Shown in pieces: positions 10,849 to 22,743 of a stretch of 45,701 bases of DNA. Each line of letters opens with the position of its first letter. The stretch's first letter is position 1. The notes below the pieces were generated by a model. That model saw only the letters and a program-made list of their open reading frames with translations. It had not been told where the DNA came from and did no database searches. The translations under genes were made by a program, and so were the position numbers. Origin of the DNA: Thiotrichales bacterium (lineage in GTDB: Bacteria; Pseudomonadota; Gammaproteobacteria; UBA5335; SLRW01); contig PWYF01000095.1 in NCBI GenBank assembly GCA_003567955.1, positions 1-45,701 of the forward strand, read 5' to 3'.

Positions 10849-11832
10849 TCAAACGCTGATCGGGACGCCATGTGCAGCACTGTCGGTAAAGATTTCAAAG
10901 GCCGCGCCGTGGGCGCTGTTGAGCACCAGCGGCGGCTGCCCTGGACGCACAATACGCAAATCACAACGCGCAATCTTGCTGTTCAGGCAGGTCTTGCTGC
11001 CAGCCGGCGGATTATAATAGGTGAGCCCGGCAAAATGCCGGCGCGGCGCTTCAATGCGGGCCTCAATCGAGACCTCGCCACAACGACTCCTGAGGTCCCA
11101 CTCAAAAAAATCGTAACGGCCTTTTGCCCGCAAGGCATCCAGCGGCCGATTGAAATAATACTCCTGCCCGGCAAGGCGCAACATCGCCAGACTCATCCAG
11201 GGCGTATACACCGGCCCCAGACGCACCCGCGCGGTGGCGCACTCGAAAAACACCCCCGGCTCACCGTCAAACCCGACCACCTGCCCCCAGGCATACTGGT
11301 CGGTGTGGCGGCTGCCCCAGTTGTGGTTTTCACTGCCTCGCCACTGACGGATCGGCCAGGTTTCACCGTCGACGGTGAACTCGCCATTCAGGCGCAACTG
11401 CGGGCGCGAGGTGATGGACTTGGCACGCGGCAGGCGCTTGTCGTAGATCGACTCCGGCAACAACAGCATCGGCGCAGTACTGTCGGGGTCATATTCCAGC
11501 GCCCAGGCCAGGGTGTGCCCGGCATGCTGTACCTCACCCTGCAGTCGACCACTGACAAGGCTTGCCGCCGGCAACTCCACGCCCATGGCATCGCTGCCAA
11601 AACGGCACTGATCCAGGGGGAATTCCTGCTTGACGGCAGTGACCTGATCCTTTTCACCATCAAACCAGATCGCCCAGATCTCTCCCAGTGACGGCCGCTT
11701 ATCATCGGCAATGAATTGCGTATAGCGAATCCACAGCGCCAGCGGGCGCTCGGGATGATTGGCGCGCACAAACCAGCTCTCGTAATGCCCGCCCTGACCG
11801 GGGTACTGACTGGCATGCCGTGGCACATTCAC
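10849..11832 (-). CDS. Hypothetical protein, tocopherol-cyclase/AttH-like fold suspected
   Basis: HYESWF near the N-terminus and ENHNWGSRH..YAW, resembling cyclase/hydratase beta-barrel motifs; GTG start overlaps the upstream stop. Confidence 0.7.
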   Translation of the reverse strand: MNVPRHASQYPGQGGHYESWFVRANHPERPLALWIRYTQFIADDKRPSLGEIWAIWFDGEKDQVTAVKQEFPLDQCRFGSDAMGVELPAASLVSGRLQGEVQHAGHTLAWALEYDPDSTAPMLLLPESIYDKRLPRAKSITSRPQLRLNGEFTVDGETWPIRQWRGSENHNWGSRHTDQYAWGQVVGFDGEPGVFFECATARVRLGPVYTPWMSLAMLRLAGQEYYFNRPLDALRAKGRYDFFEWDLRSRCGEVSIEARIEAPRRHFAGLTYYNPPAGSKTCLNSKIARCDLRIVRPGQPPLVLNSAHGAAFEIFTDSAAHGVPISV

Positions 11833-12287
11833 GATTGCGCTCCGTACTCACCAAAAGCCTCGCGCTGATCTGCCAAACGCAGGGCGGTAAAGGGAAATGC
11901 CAGCATGGAATCCCGGTAGGCCACTTCGGCGACACCGGCGAATTCATCATCCCGGTACACCTGCATGGGGCAGGTCACCAGCGAGTGCAGCAAGCCTTCC
12001 CCTTTGAAACCGTAGGCCTTGTTGCCTTCAACAAACAGCCGCCCGAGTTCCGGATGCTCGAACTCCAGCCAGTAATGCGGCCCTTTGAGCTGCAGGGTCA
12101 GCTCACCCCGACAGGGACACTCCGCCCCGTCCAGGGTCGCCATGCCGCGAAATTCACGTGGCGTACTGAAGCTCAAAATACGCGACGTAAAAGCGCGAAT
12201 AGCAAACGCAAAATCCCGTTCCTGCGCTTCCCCGTCAAGCTTCAGCCAGCCGCTCATTTTCTCCCGGATTACCAGTCCTTTAGCCAT
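11829..12287 (-). CDS. Hypothetical protein (152 aa)
   Basis: Strong GGAGGAG RBS; sits in an operon between the GMC gene and the next ORF. Confidence 0.75.
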   Translation of the reverse strand: MAKGLVIREKMSGWLKLDGEAQERDFAFAIRAFTSRILSFSTPREFRGMATLDGAECPCRGELTLQLKGPHYWLEFEHPELGRLFVEGNKAYGFKGEGLLHSLVTCPMQVYRDDEFAGVAEVAYRDSMLAFPFTALRLADQREAFGEYGAQS

Positions 12288-12320
12288 TAGCGTCTCCTCC
12301 TCCGGTCCATCATCCCTGTC

Positions 12321-14249
12321 TCAGCGCTTGCTGGCAATCTCGCCGGCAAGCCGCCGGGCCGCCCGCCCCACCACGGCCATAATCGTCACCTGCGGATTCA
12401 CCCCCAGACTGGAAGGCAGATTGCTGCCATCCATCACATACAGCCCCTGCCAGCCGTGCACGCGATGGCCCTGGTCACACACCCCGTCGGCCGCACTGGC
12501 AGCCAGACGCGCCGTGCCCAGGGGGTGATAGGCGGTCATCAGAAAATCCCGGGGTTTCGTGGCGCGCGCCATAAAGGCGTCAAGCTCGGCCTCACTGTGC
12601 AGGGTGGGCAGGCTTGAGGGCCCGGGAATGGTAATACTGGTCGCCCCCCCGCGCAGATACATGCGCGCCAGCGTTTCAATGCCGCGCCGGAACAGGGCAA
12701 AATCCTGCCGGTTCATACGATAGGTGAGCAGGGGAAAGTCACGGTGCAACCCGCGGCGCACCCGGCCTTCGCTGGTATCGCGAATCATGAAGCCAAAGTA
12801 GGCGGTCTGCTGGTAGCCTTCGCAGAAGCGCACGAACTCCTCGCCATAGAGGTTGTTCATCAGGCCATGGCCGGCAAAGGGGATGGTGCCGCCTTCAAAC
12901 ATCAGGCCTTCATCGGCCAGGTCGGCCACACCAAAACCCTGCGGAATGGACCGCGAATTACGAAAATTCCGGTCCGGAAACCAACCCTTCACCGCCCCGG
13001 CCGGATGAATGGTCAGATGCCGGCCCAGATGCGGGTTACGCACGCCATTGCTGCGCAGGAAAGGCGGCGTGAGAAACGTCCCCATGGCCACCACCACATG
13101 CGGGGCATGCACGGTCAGCTTGACCCGGCGTCCGCCAGCGCCCGCGCCGGTGGCCCTCACGCCGTGAACGGTGCGCCCGCGCCGCAACAGCCGTTGCACG
13201 CGCGCACCGGCATACAAGTGGGCACCCGCCTCCAGCGCGCGCGGGATATAACTGAGATTGGTGGATTGCTTGGCATCACTGGGGCAACCAAACTGGCACA
13301 ACCCCTGACCCTGACAACCGGGCGCATTGCGCCGCAACGGGTAGAATTTCCCGAAGCCCATGGCCCTGGCGCCTTCGGCAATCACATCGCCGATCGGGCC
13401 CACATGCTCACGAGGCGCCTCACATACTCCGAGGATCTCCTCCACCCGCTCATACCAGCCGGCCATTTCACCCGCATCATAATCAAGACCAAACCGCGCG
13501 CGCCATTGATCCAGCACGCTGTCCGGCAGGCGCATGCAGGTGCCGGAATTAATGGTGGTCGTCCCCCCCACGTTACGGCCAATGGGTACCGGGATGACCG
13601 CATTGCCAATAGTCGCAGTCGCGCCGGCGGCGCGATAAAGCTTCGGGATCACCCGCGTCAGGCGGCCGTCGAAATCACGCCGATCGTAATAACCCCCTTC
13701 TTCAAGGATCACCACCGACAACCCCTGCTCGGCAAATTCCAGTGCCGCCGCCGCCCCGCCCGCGCCGCTGCCGATCACGACCACATCCGCCTCGATCTCG
13801 TGATCGGAGGTGAATTCGTGCATGCGGTGGATACGTGTGTGCCAGTCAGCGGCGGGCAGTTCCTGCGGCACATCCACGGCCGGGCGACTGCCCGCCTCAT
13901 GCTGAATGCGCTCATCCATCAGCCAGGCCAGCTTGAAGGGACCACTCACCGCCCGCAGCAACGGGCCACTGAGCGGCGTGCGCGCCAGCCGTGTCACAAA
14001 GGCCTGGCGCCGGGGTAACGCGGCCGCATGCAAACGCCCACCATGACGCAGCAGGTAACGCAGTGCCAGCCATCCCAAACCAGTTGCCACGGCAAAGCGA
14101 AACAGCGGACGCCCGTCAACGTAACCCGCCACGGTATTGGCCACATTGACCGGATCGGCGGCCGGCATGCGTTCGCCCGCCGGAAACAGGGCCTCAGCAA
14201 GGGCCTCGGCCGTCCCCCGCCAGGGCAGCCGACCACTACGCTCGCTCAT
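12321..14249 (-). CDS. GMC family oxidoreductase (long-chain alcohol oxidase-like)
   Basis: VVIGSGAGG FAD motif, GGTTTINSG, CQGQGLCQFGCP, YHPLGT, GVNPQVTI. ATG 14249 follows a GAGGGGAG RBS (track start 14267). Confidence 0.92.
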   Translation of the reverse strand: MSERSGRLPWRGTAEALAEALFPAGERMPAADPVNVANTVAGYVDGRPLFRFAVATGLGWLALRYLLRHGGRLHAAALPRRQAFVTRLARTPLSGPLLRAVSGPFKLAWLMDERIQHEAGSRPAVDVPQELPAADWHTRIHRMHEFTSDHEIEADVVVIGSGAGGAAAALEFAEQGLSVVILEEGGYYDRRDFDGRLTRVIPKLYRAAGATATIGNAVIPVPIGRNVGGTTTINSGTCMRLPDSVLDQWRARFGLDYDAGEMAGWYERVEEILGVCEAPREHVGPIGDVIAEGARAMGFGKFYPLRRNAPGCQGQGLCQFGCPSDAKQSTNLSYIPRALEAGAHLYAGARVQRLLRRGRTVHGVRATGAGAGGRRVKLTVHAPHVVVAMGTFLTPPFLRSNGVRNPHLGRHLTIHPAGAVKGWFPDRNFRNSRSIPQGFGVADLADEGLMFEGGTIPFAGHGLMNNLYGEEFVRFCEGYQQTAYFGFMIRDTSEGRVRRGLHRDFPLLTYRMNRQDFALFRRGIETLARMYLRGGATSITIPGPSSLPTLHSEAELDAFMARATKPRDFLMTAYHPLGTARLAASAADGVCDQGHRVHGWQGLYVMDGSNLPSSLGVNPQVTIMAVVGRAARRLAGEIASKR

Positions 14250-14371
14250 ATCGTTTTCTCCCCTCACACAACTGCCAGCCTGAGAACAGCAGCTGACAGC
14301 TTGTCAAGCCTGCATCCTGCAGCAAGCCCCGATACCCGCGCAAACCCGTCAACGCCAGAGCGCTGCCCGGT

Positions 14372-15307
14372 TCATCGTCGCCCCAGCCGCGAAATCGGAA
14401 AATGGACTTCGCCGTCGGCCGTATTGCGTGACAGCGGGGTGTCAGGCGCCCATGCATGGCCCTGAACCACTTCCATGGTGACCCGGCGACAGCCCGCCTC
14501 GGCCGGCCACAATCGGGCCAATTGTTGCAGTATACCGCTACCGCGCAACCCGGGTGGGCGCCCGTGATTGAGATTGCCGGCGCCGGCCACACGCAGATCA
14601 GCCCAAAGGCGTGACAATGAGGCGTATTCCAGCGTCAGCTGCTCCACATCCATCACCGGGTCCGCCAACCCCGCCCGGACCAGCGCATCACCCACATCAT
14701 GCATATCCATGAAGGGATTAATGTGGGTGTAGTCATCCATTTGCGCCCATGCGCGCTTGAGCTCAATCAGGCTATCCGGCCCCAGGCTGCTGAATATCAT
14801 CAGCCCACCCGGGCGCAACACCCGGGCACATTCCCGGAAAACACGCTCCGGCTCACACCAGGGCAACATCAGACTGGAAAACACCATATCCACGCTGGCA
14901 TCAGCCAGCGGCAACGCTGCGGCGTCGGCCGCCACTGGCCACGGCTGACGTCGCCACCAGCCACGCCGCCGACGCACCCCGGCCAGCATGGGCAACGCCA
15001 GGTCCACTGCCAGCACTTGTGCCCGCGGGTAATGGCGCATCAGCGTGGCCGCCCCCTTCCCGGGCCCGCAGCCCAGGTCCACGATACGTTCGGGCGCCAG
15101 CCGGATCAGCGCCAGGCGCTCAAGCATGCGCTCGCGCACCTCGTCGTAGAAAAACGGGTTGCGCGCATGCGCCCGGGCGCGGCGTGCAAATCCGGCTCGC
15201 ACCTGTCGCGGATCAAAGCCCGGCTGAAAATCATCTTCGCGATTCAATGCTGATGCTCTCGTCTGATGCGCAATCGATTCTCCGGGGGCATACTGGTGGT
15301 CTGCCAT
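14372..15307 (-). CDS. bioC: Malonyl-ACP O-methyltransferase BioC
   Basis: VDLGCGPG SAM motif, FMDMHDVGDAL...DPVMD, QGHAW; start uncertain. Confidence 0.9.
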   Translation of the reverse strand: MADHQYAPGESIAHQTRASALNREDDFQPGFDPRQVRAGFARRARAHARNPFFYDEVRERMLERLALIRLAPERIVDLGCGPGKGAATLMRHYPRAQVLAVDLALPMLAGVRRRRGWWRRQPWPVAADAAALPLADASVDMVFSSLMLPWCEPERVFRECARVLRPGGLMIFSSLGPDSLIELKRAWAQMDDYTHINPFMDMHDVGDALVRAGLADPVMDVEQLTLEYASLSRLWADLRVAGAGNLNHGRPPGLRGSGILQQLARLWPAEAGCRRVTMEVVQGHAWAPDTPLSRNTADGEVHFPISRLGRR

Positions 15308-15337
15308 GGATGGGCAGCAACGCCAGGGATGGACACC

Positions 15338-16066
15338 ATGTTATTCACAAGTCGACCCCCGAACCAGCTCACAGCACTGATACAACGCCTGTGGCCGGGT
15401 CGTTGCCTGCTGTGCGGCGAGGCTACAACTAACAAGCGCATTTGCGCAGCCTGCCAGCAAGATCTGCCGCGCAACCACTGTCCCTGCCCGCACTGTGCGC
15501 AACCCATGCCAGCCCCCGCCGCCACCGCGTGCGCGGCATGCCTGCATCGCACCCCGATATTTAGCCGGGTGATCGCGCCATGGATTTACGCCCTGCCCGT
15601 GGACCATTTGCTGCACCGTTTCAAATACCACGGGCAGCTTGGCTACGGTGATCTGCTTGGCTCACTGCTGGCCGAACATCTGTCGACAACCCTGACGGAA
15701 GCGCAACGGCCCGGTCTGATTCTGCCTGTCCCCTTGCATCCGGCACGTCAACGCCGGCGCGGATTCAACCAGGCCCTGGAACTGGCGCGACCGGTGGCAC
15801 AACGACTGAACGTGCCGCTGGAAAGCCGCCGCCTGCGCCGTATACGCGCCACGCCGGAGCAGGTCCAGCTCAATGCCCGGGCTCGTCGACGCAACCTGCG
15901 CGGCGCCTTCAGCTTCCGGGGCACATGCCCGGCACACGTCGCCATCATGGATGATGTTTTCACCACCGGCAGCACCGCCGCAGAAATCGCCCGGGTCCTG
16001 CGTCGCGCCGGTGCCGAGCGCATTGAGGTATGGTGCGTTGCCCGCGCTATCGCAAAAACGTTTTAG
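15338..16066 (+). CDS. comF: ComF family protein (zinc ribbon + PRTase)
   Basis: CxxC pairs, PVPLH...RRGFNQA, IMDDVFTTGST. Start is 15329 or 15338. Confidence 0.92.
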   Translation: MLFTSRPPNQLTALIQRLWPGRCLLCGEATTNKRICAACQQDLPRNHCPCPHCAQPMPAPAATACAACLHRTPIFSRVIAPWIYALPVDHLLHRFKYHGQLGYGDLLGSLLAEHLSTTLTEAQRPGLILPVPLHPARQRRRGFNQALELARPVAQRLNVPLESRRLRRIRATPEQVQLNARARRRNLRGAFSFRGTCPAHVAIMDDVFTTGSTAAEIARVLRRAGAERIEVWCVARAIAKTF

Positions 16067-16158
16067 GTGTTAGGTGTTAGGTTTTAAGACAAAGCGCTTG
16101 TGCGCTTCGCGCCCTCGCAATTTCTGAAAACTGAAAACTTCCGCGCGTCAGCGCGGAA
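16060..16158. repeat. Heptamer tandem-repeat element with inverted arms
   Basis: GTTTTAG-GTGTTAG-GTGTTAG-GTTTTAA (16060-16087), CTGAAAA x2 (16124-16137), internal GCGC-TTC-GCGC hairpin, terminal TTCCGCGC/GCGCGGAA hairpin. Confidence 0.6.
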
Positions 16159-17290
16159 TGACTTCTTTCTGGAGCGTGAGTTTGCGGCTGTTGGCTTCGC
16201 CGCAGACGGCGAAACCGCGCAGCCGCCCCTCGGCATCAATGAAGCGGGCTTCGAGGTCGTCGCCCTCGCCCTCGACTCGCCACTCGCCATCTACGCCCTC
16301 AGCGGGCGGACACACGGTCAGGGGCAGGGCCGGCGTTTTAACCACCACCGGCATCACCGGATAGGTGAGCTCGCGCGACTCGCCGGCCAGCACTGCGGCC
16401 AGTGCCCGGGCCTCGTTCATCAGCGGCATCACATAGGGCAACACCTGGCCGTCCACTTCGGCGCAATCACCGATGGCGTGAATATGCGGATCACTGGTGG
16501 TCAGTTGTGCGTCCACCACAATGCCACGTTCACAGGCAAGGCCGACCTCCTCCGCCAGATACGTGCGGGGTCGCAGCCCCACGGCGGAAAGCACCACATC
16601 CCCGGACAGCGTGGTGCCATCCTCCAGGGTAACTATGTAGCCTTCATTGTCCCGGTCCACCGCCTGCGCCGGATTACCCAGATGCCAGCTCACCCCCAGC
16701 CCGTCCAGCCGCCGCTTGATGGCCTCGCCAATCTCCGGCGGCGCCAGCCGGGCCAGCGGCTGATCGGCCAGCTCCACCAGCGCCACCTCATAACCGGCCC
16801 CGCGCAGATCATTGGCGAACTCACAACCAATCAGCCCGGCACCCAGCACCACCACGCGCGCTGATTCGCCAATGGCTTCGCGAAAACGGGCGTAATCATT
16901 CAGGTCATTCACAGACAGCACTTCGTCGGCCGCATCACCCTTGAGTGGCAGACGGATGGGGTCGGCACCCAGCGCCAGCACCAGATGGCCGTAATCCAGC
17001 GTTTCGCCATTATCCAGGGTGAGCTGGCGGGCCTCGCGATCAACCCCGGTGATGCGGGTGCGCGTGAGAATGCGCGCGTCCAGTTGCTCACGCATGCCAT
17101 CGGCATCCCGATTGGGCAAGTCGGCAGCCATCTTGCCCTGGGCCAGGGCGTTGGAGAGCATGGGCTTGGAGTAGGATTCACCATTATCGGCGGTGATGAT
17201 GACGAGTTCACTGTCACTGTCGTGCTTGCGAAACTCCCTCGCCAGCGTGTAGCCCGCCAGACCCGACCCTGCAATCACAATACGACCCAT
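16148..17290 (-). CDS. rubB: Rubredoxin-NAD(+) reductase-like flavoprotein
   Basis: IAGSGLAG, YSKPMLS, GAGLIGCEFANDL, AIGDCA and MPVVVKTP motifs. Confidence 0.85.
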   Translation of the reverse strand: MGRIVIAGSGLAGYTLAREFRKHDSDSELVIITADNGESYSKPMLSNALAQGKMAADLPNRDADGMREQLDARILTRTRITGVDREARQLTLDNGETLDYGHLVLALGADPIRLPLKGDAADEVLSVNDLNDYARFREAIGESARVVVLGAGLIGCEFANDLRGAGYEVALVELADQPLARLAPPEIGEAIKRRLDGLGVSWHLGNPAQAVDRDNEGYIVTLEDGTTLSGDVVLSAVGLRPRTYLAEEVGLACERGIVVDAQLTTSDPHIHAIGDCAEVDGQVLPYVMPLMNEARALAAVLAGESRELTYPVMPVVVKTPALPLTVCPPAEGVDGEWRVEGEGDDLEARFIDAEGRLRGFAVCGEANSRKLTLQKEVIPR

Positions 17291-17336
17291 GCGTTATAAC
17301 TCCCTGAATAAAAATGAATGTATGTTCAGCGATCTC

Positions 17337-19809
<2,473 letters not shown>

Positions 19810-19820
19810 GCGCCAGCACC

Positions 19821-22136
19821 TCAGCCGGAGCCGGTTTCGGCCTCCGGCGCCATTTCCGGAGCCGGCTCGGCAAAACCGCATTCCTTCTGCGGGCACACCC
19901 GCTCGGTACCGCGGCGCTTGGTGGTTTTCACTGTCAGGATGGGCCAGCCGCAATCCGGACAGGGCCCGGGCACGGGTTCGTTCCAGACCGCGTACTTGCA
20001 TTCCGGGTAAGTGCTGCAGGAAAAGAACACCTTGCCATAGCGGGATTTTTTCTCCAGCAAGCTGCCCTTGTGACATTCCGGGCACTCGATGCCGGTATCA
20101 CGCGGCTTTTCCAGCGGTTCGATATGGCGACACTTGGGATAGGCGCTACAGCCAATAAACTTGCCATAACGGCCGGTGCGAATGATCAAATCGGAATCGC
20201 ACTTGGGGCACTGGCGCCCTTCCACCACCTGTGGTTCGGTGCCGCCGGCATCCGCATCATCATTCAGATTGCGGGTGTAATCACACTCCGGAAAGCCGCT
20301 GCAACCGATAAAACGACCGCGACGGCCCAGACGGATGGTCAGCTGCTTGCCGCACTTGGGACAGTCCTCGTCGAGTTTCTCCTGGGTGACTTCCGAGCGC
20401 GAGACATTTTCCTGGGTATCGTCGACACGCGCCTTGAATGGCTCCCAGAATTCCCTGAGCAGGGGCTGCCAGTCCCGTTCACCGCGCGAGACCGCGTCGA
20501 GCTGGTCTTCCAGCCGGGCGGTGAACTGATAGTCCACATACTGGGGGAAGTAGCGGGTCAGGAAACGATTCACCACCTTGCCCACATCGGTGGGCACAAA
20601 GCGCTTGCGATCCATCTCCACATACTCACGATCCTGCAGGGTGGAGATGATCGAGGCGTAGGTGGAAGGCCGGCCGATGCCGTATTCCTCCAGCGCCTTG
20701 ACCAGCGTGGCCTCACTGTAGCGCGGCGGCGGCTCGGTGAAATGCTGCTCGGGGATGATGTCACGCAGGGCCAGGCGTTCGCCTTCCTCCACCCGCGGCA
20801 ACTCGCGGTCCTCATCCTCATCACCCTTGCTGTCATCGCGGCCCTCCTGATAGACCGCCATGAAACCGGGGCTGACCATGGTGGAACCGGTGGCGCGAAA
20901 GGTGTGGGCCTCACCCGCTTCCAGATGGATGGCCACAGTATCAAAGGTGGCGTGGATCATCTGGCAGGCCACGGTGCGCTTCCAGATCAGCTCATAAAGA
21001 CGGAACTGCTCTTCGCTGAGATGGGCACGGATGACCGCCGGCTCACGCATCACCGAGGTTGGCCGAATACCCTCGTGGGCTTCCTGGGCATTTTTGGCGC
21101 GCGTCTTGTAGGTACGCGGCTTGTCCGGCAGATTGTCCTCACCGAACTTGTCGGCCACCAGCTGACGAATCTCGGTAATCGCGTCATTGGCCAGTGTCAC
21201 CGAATCGGTACGCATGTAGGTAATCAGGCCGACGGTTTCGCCACCGAGCTCAATGCCTTCATAGAGTTGCTGTGCCACCCGCATGGTCCGGCGCGCGGTA
21301 AAGCCGATCTTGCGCGAGGCTTCCTGCTGCAGGGTGGAGGTGATGAAGGGTGCCGACGGATTGCGCCGGCGCTGTTTGCGCTCAACCTTGCTGACCAGCA
21401 GTTCGCCGCCGGCCGCCTCACCCAGGCGCTGGCAGGCGGCACTGGCCTCGGACTCGGCGGTAATCGTGAACTGCTCGAATTTTTCCCCGTCCAGGCGGGC
21501 CAGTTTGGCGCGGAAAGTAGCGTCCTCGCGCGCCACCTCGGCCTCGATCGACCAGTATTCTCGAGCCTGGAAGGCCTCGATTTCCTCTTCACGCTCGACA
21601 ATCAGCCGCAGCGCGGGGCTTTGTACACGTCCGGCAGACAACCCGCGGCGGATTTTCTTCCACAGCAGGGGGGAGAGATTAAAGCCCACCAGATAATCCA
21701 GGGCCCGACGCGCCTGCTGGGCATCCACCAGCTCGGGGGCTACATCGCGGGGTGCGGCGATGGCTTCCTGCACCGCATTTTTGGTGATCTCGTGGAACAC
21801 CACGCGATACACCGGCTTGTCCTTGAGCAAGCCCTTCTCGCGCAGCACTTCCAGCAAATGCCAGGAAATCGCCTCGCCTTCGCGATCCGGGTCAGTGGCC
21901 AGATACAGCGCATCGGCCTTTTTCAGCGCCTTGCCGATGGCCTGCACATGCTTCTCGTTACGCTCAATGACCTGATAGGTCATGGCGAAATCATGGGCCG
22001 TATCGACCGCACCCTCCTTGGGGATGAGATCACGGACATGCCCATAGGAGGCCATAACCTCGAAGTCCTTGCCCAGATACTTCTTGATGGTCTTGGACTT
22101 GGCCGGCGATTCGACAATAACGAGATTCTTGCTCAT
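19821..22136 (-). CDS. topA: DNA topoisomerase I
   Basis: VIVESPAK, ATDPDREGE, SAGRVQ, LITYMRTD; three C-terminal zinc ribbons. Confidence 0.98.
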   Translation of the reverse strand: MSKNLVIVESPAKSKTIKKYLGKDFEVMASYGHVRDLIPKEGAVDTAHDFAMTYQVIERNEKHVQAIGKALKKADALYLATDPDREGEAISWHLLEVLREKGLLKDKPVYRVVFHEITKNAVQEAIAAPRDVAPELVDAQQARRALDYLVGFNLSPLLWKKIRRGLSAGRVQSPALRLIVEREEEIEAFQAREYWSIEAEVAREDATFRAKLARLDGEKFEQFTITAESEASAACQRLGEAAGGELLVSKVERKQRRRNPSAPFITSTLQQEASRKIGFTARRTMRVAQQLYEGIELGGETVGLITYMRTDSVTLANDAITEIRQLVADKFGEDNLPDKPRTYKTRAKNAQEAHEGIRPTSVMREPAVIRAHLSEEQFRLYELIWKRTVACQMIHATFDTVAIHLEAGEAHTFRATGSTMVSPGFMAVYQEGRDDSKGDEDEDRELPRVEEGERLALRDIIPEQHFTEPPPRYSEATLVKALEEYGIGRPSTYASIISTLQDREYVEMDRKRFVPTDVGKVVNRFLTRYFPQYVDYQFTARLEDQLDAVSRGERDWQPLLREFWEPFKARVDDTQENVSRSEVTQEKLDEDCPKCGKQLTIRLGRRGRFIGCSGFPECDYTRNLNDDADAGGTEPQVVEGRQCPKCDSDLIIRTGRYGKFIGCSAYPKCRHIEPLEKPRDTGIECPECHKGSLLEKKSRYGKVFFSCSTYPECKYAVWNEPVPGPCPDCGWPILTVKTTKRRGTERVCPQKECGFAEPAPEMAPEAETGSG

Positions 22137-22256
22137 GCGTTCCAGTCAGCAAACGAGTCGGGGCTGGCGGACCAGCGCGGCAAATGCGGCATCCTGCAAG
22201 TCACGGCGCGACAGGACCCGGCAGCGGGCAAGGCACCATGTCGGGCAGAAACCGGC

Positions 22257-22742
22257 TCAGTGGACGGGGCCAAAAGCCTGATCAAAAACCAGGTCTTCTA
22301 CCCAGGCGTAAGCAGCCTCCTGTCCGGGTAAATTGAACAACACCATCAACACCACCCACTTGACCTGGTCAAGATCAATTTCGTCGCTCTCAAGCGCCAT
22401 GATGCGCTCAAGCACGATCTCGCGATGCGCCGGGCTGAGAACGCCGTTGTGTTCCAGAAACATAATAAAGCCAAGACATTCGGCATCCAGACGGGCCGCC
22501 TCGCGGCTGCTGAAGATACGCATGGCCGCCTCGGCGTGCAGCTGTTCCTGCTGGGGCGGGCGCTCACGGTGGGTGGCCAACCCCTCCAGCCAGGCAAAGG
22601 CTTTTTCAATTTCGCCGTCGCGGAAACCGGCCTGCTCGAGCTCCTCGGTCAAACTGGCACGGTCGGGCTGCTGGCGGGCGCGTTCGTCGTCCATGTAGTT
22701 GTCAAACAGATAGATCAGGACCTCGAGTACGTCCTCCTTCAT
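22257..22742 (-). CDS. smg: Smg (DUF494) protein
   Basis: VLIYLFDNY...AGF...AFAWLEGL...KWVVLMVL; dprA-smg-topA order. Confidence 0.92.
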   Translation of the reverse strand: MKEDVLEVLIYLFDNYMDDERARQQPDRASLTEELEQAGFRDGEIEKAFAWLEGLATHRERPPQQEQLHAEAAMRIFSSREAARLDAECLGFIMFLEHNGVLSPAHREIVLERIMALESDEIDLDQVKWVVLMVLFNLPGQEAAYAWVEDLVFDQAFGPVH

Positions 22743-22743
22743 C

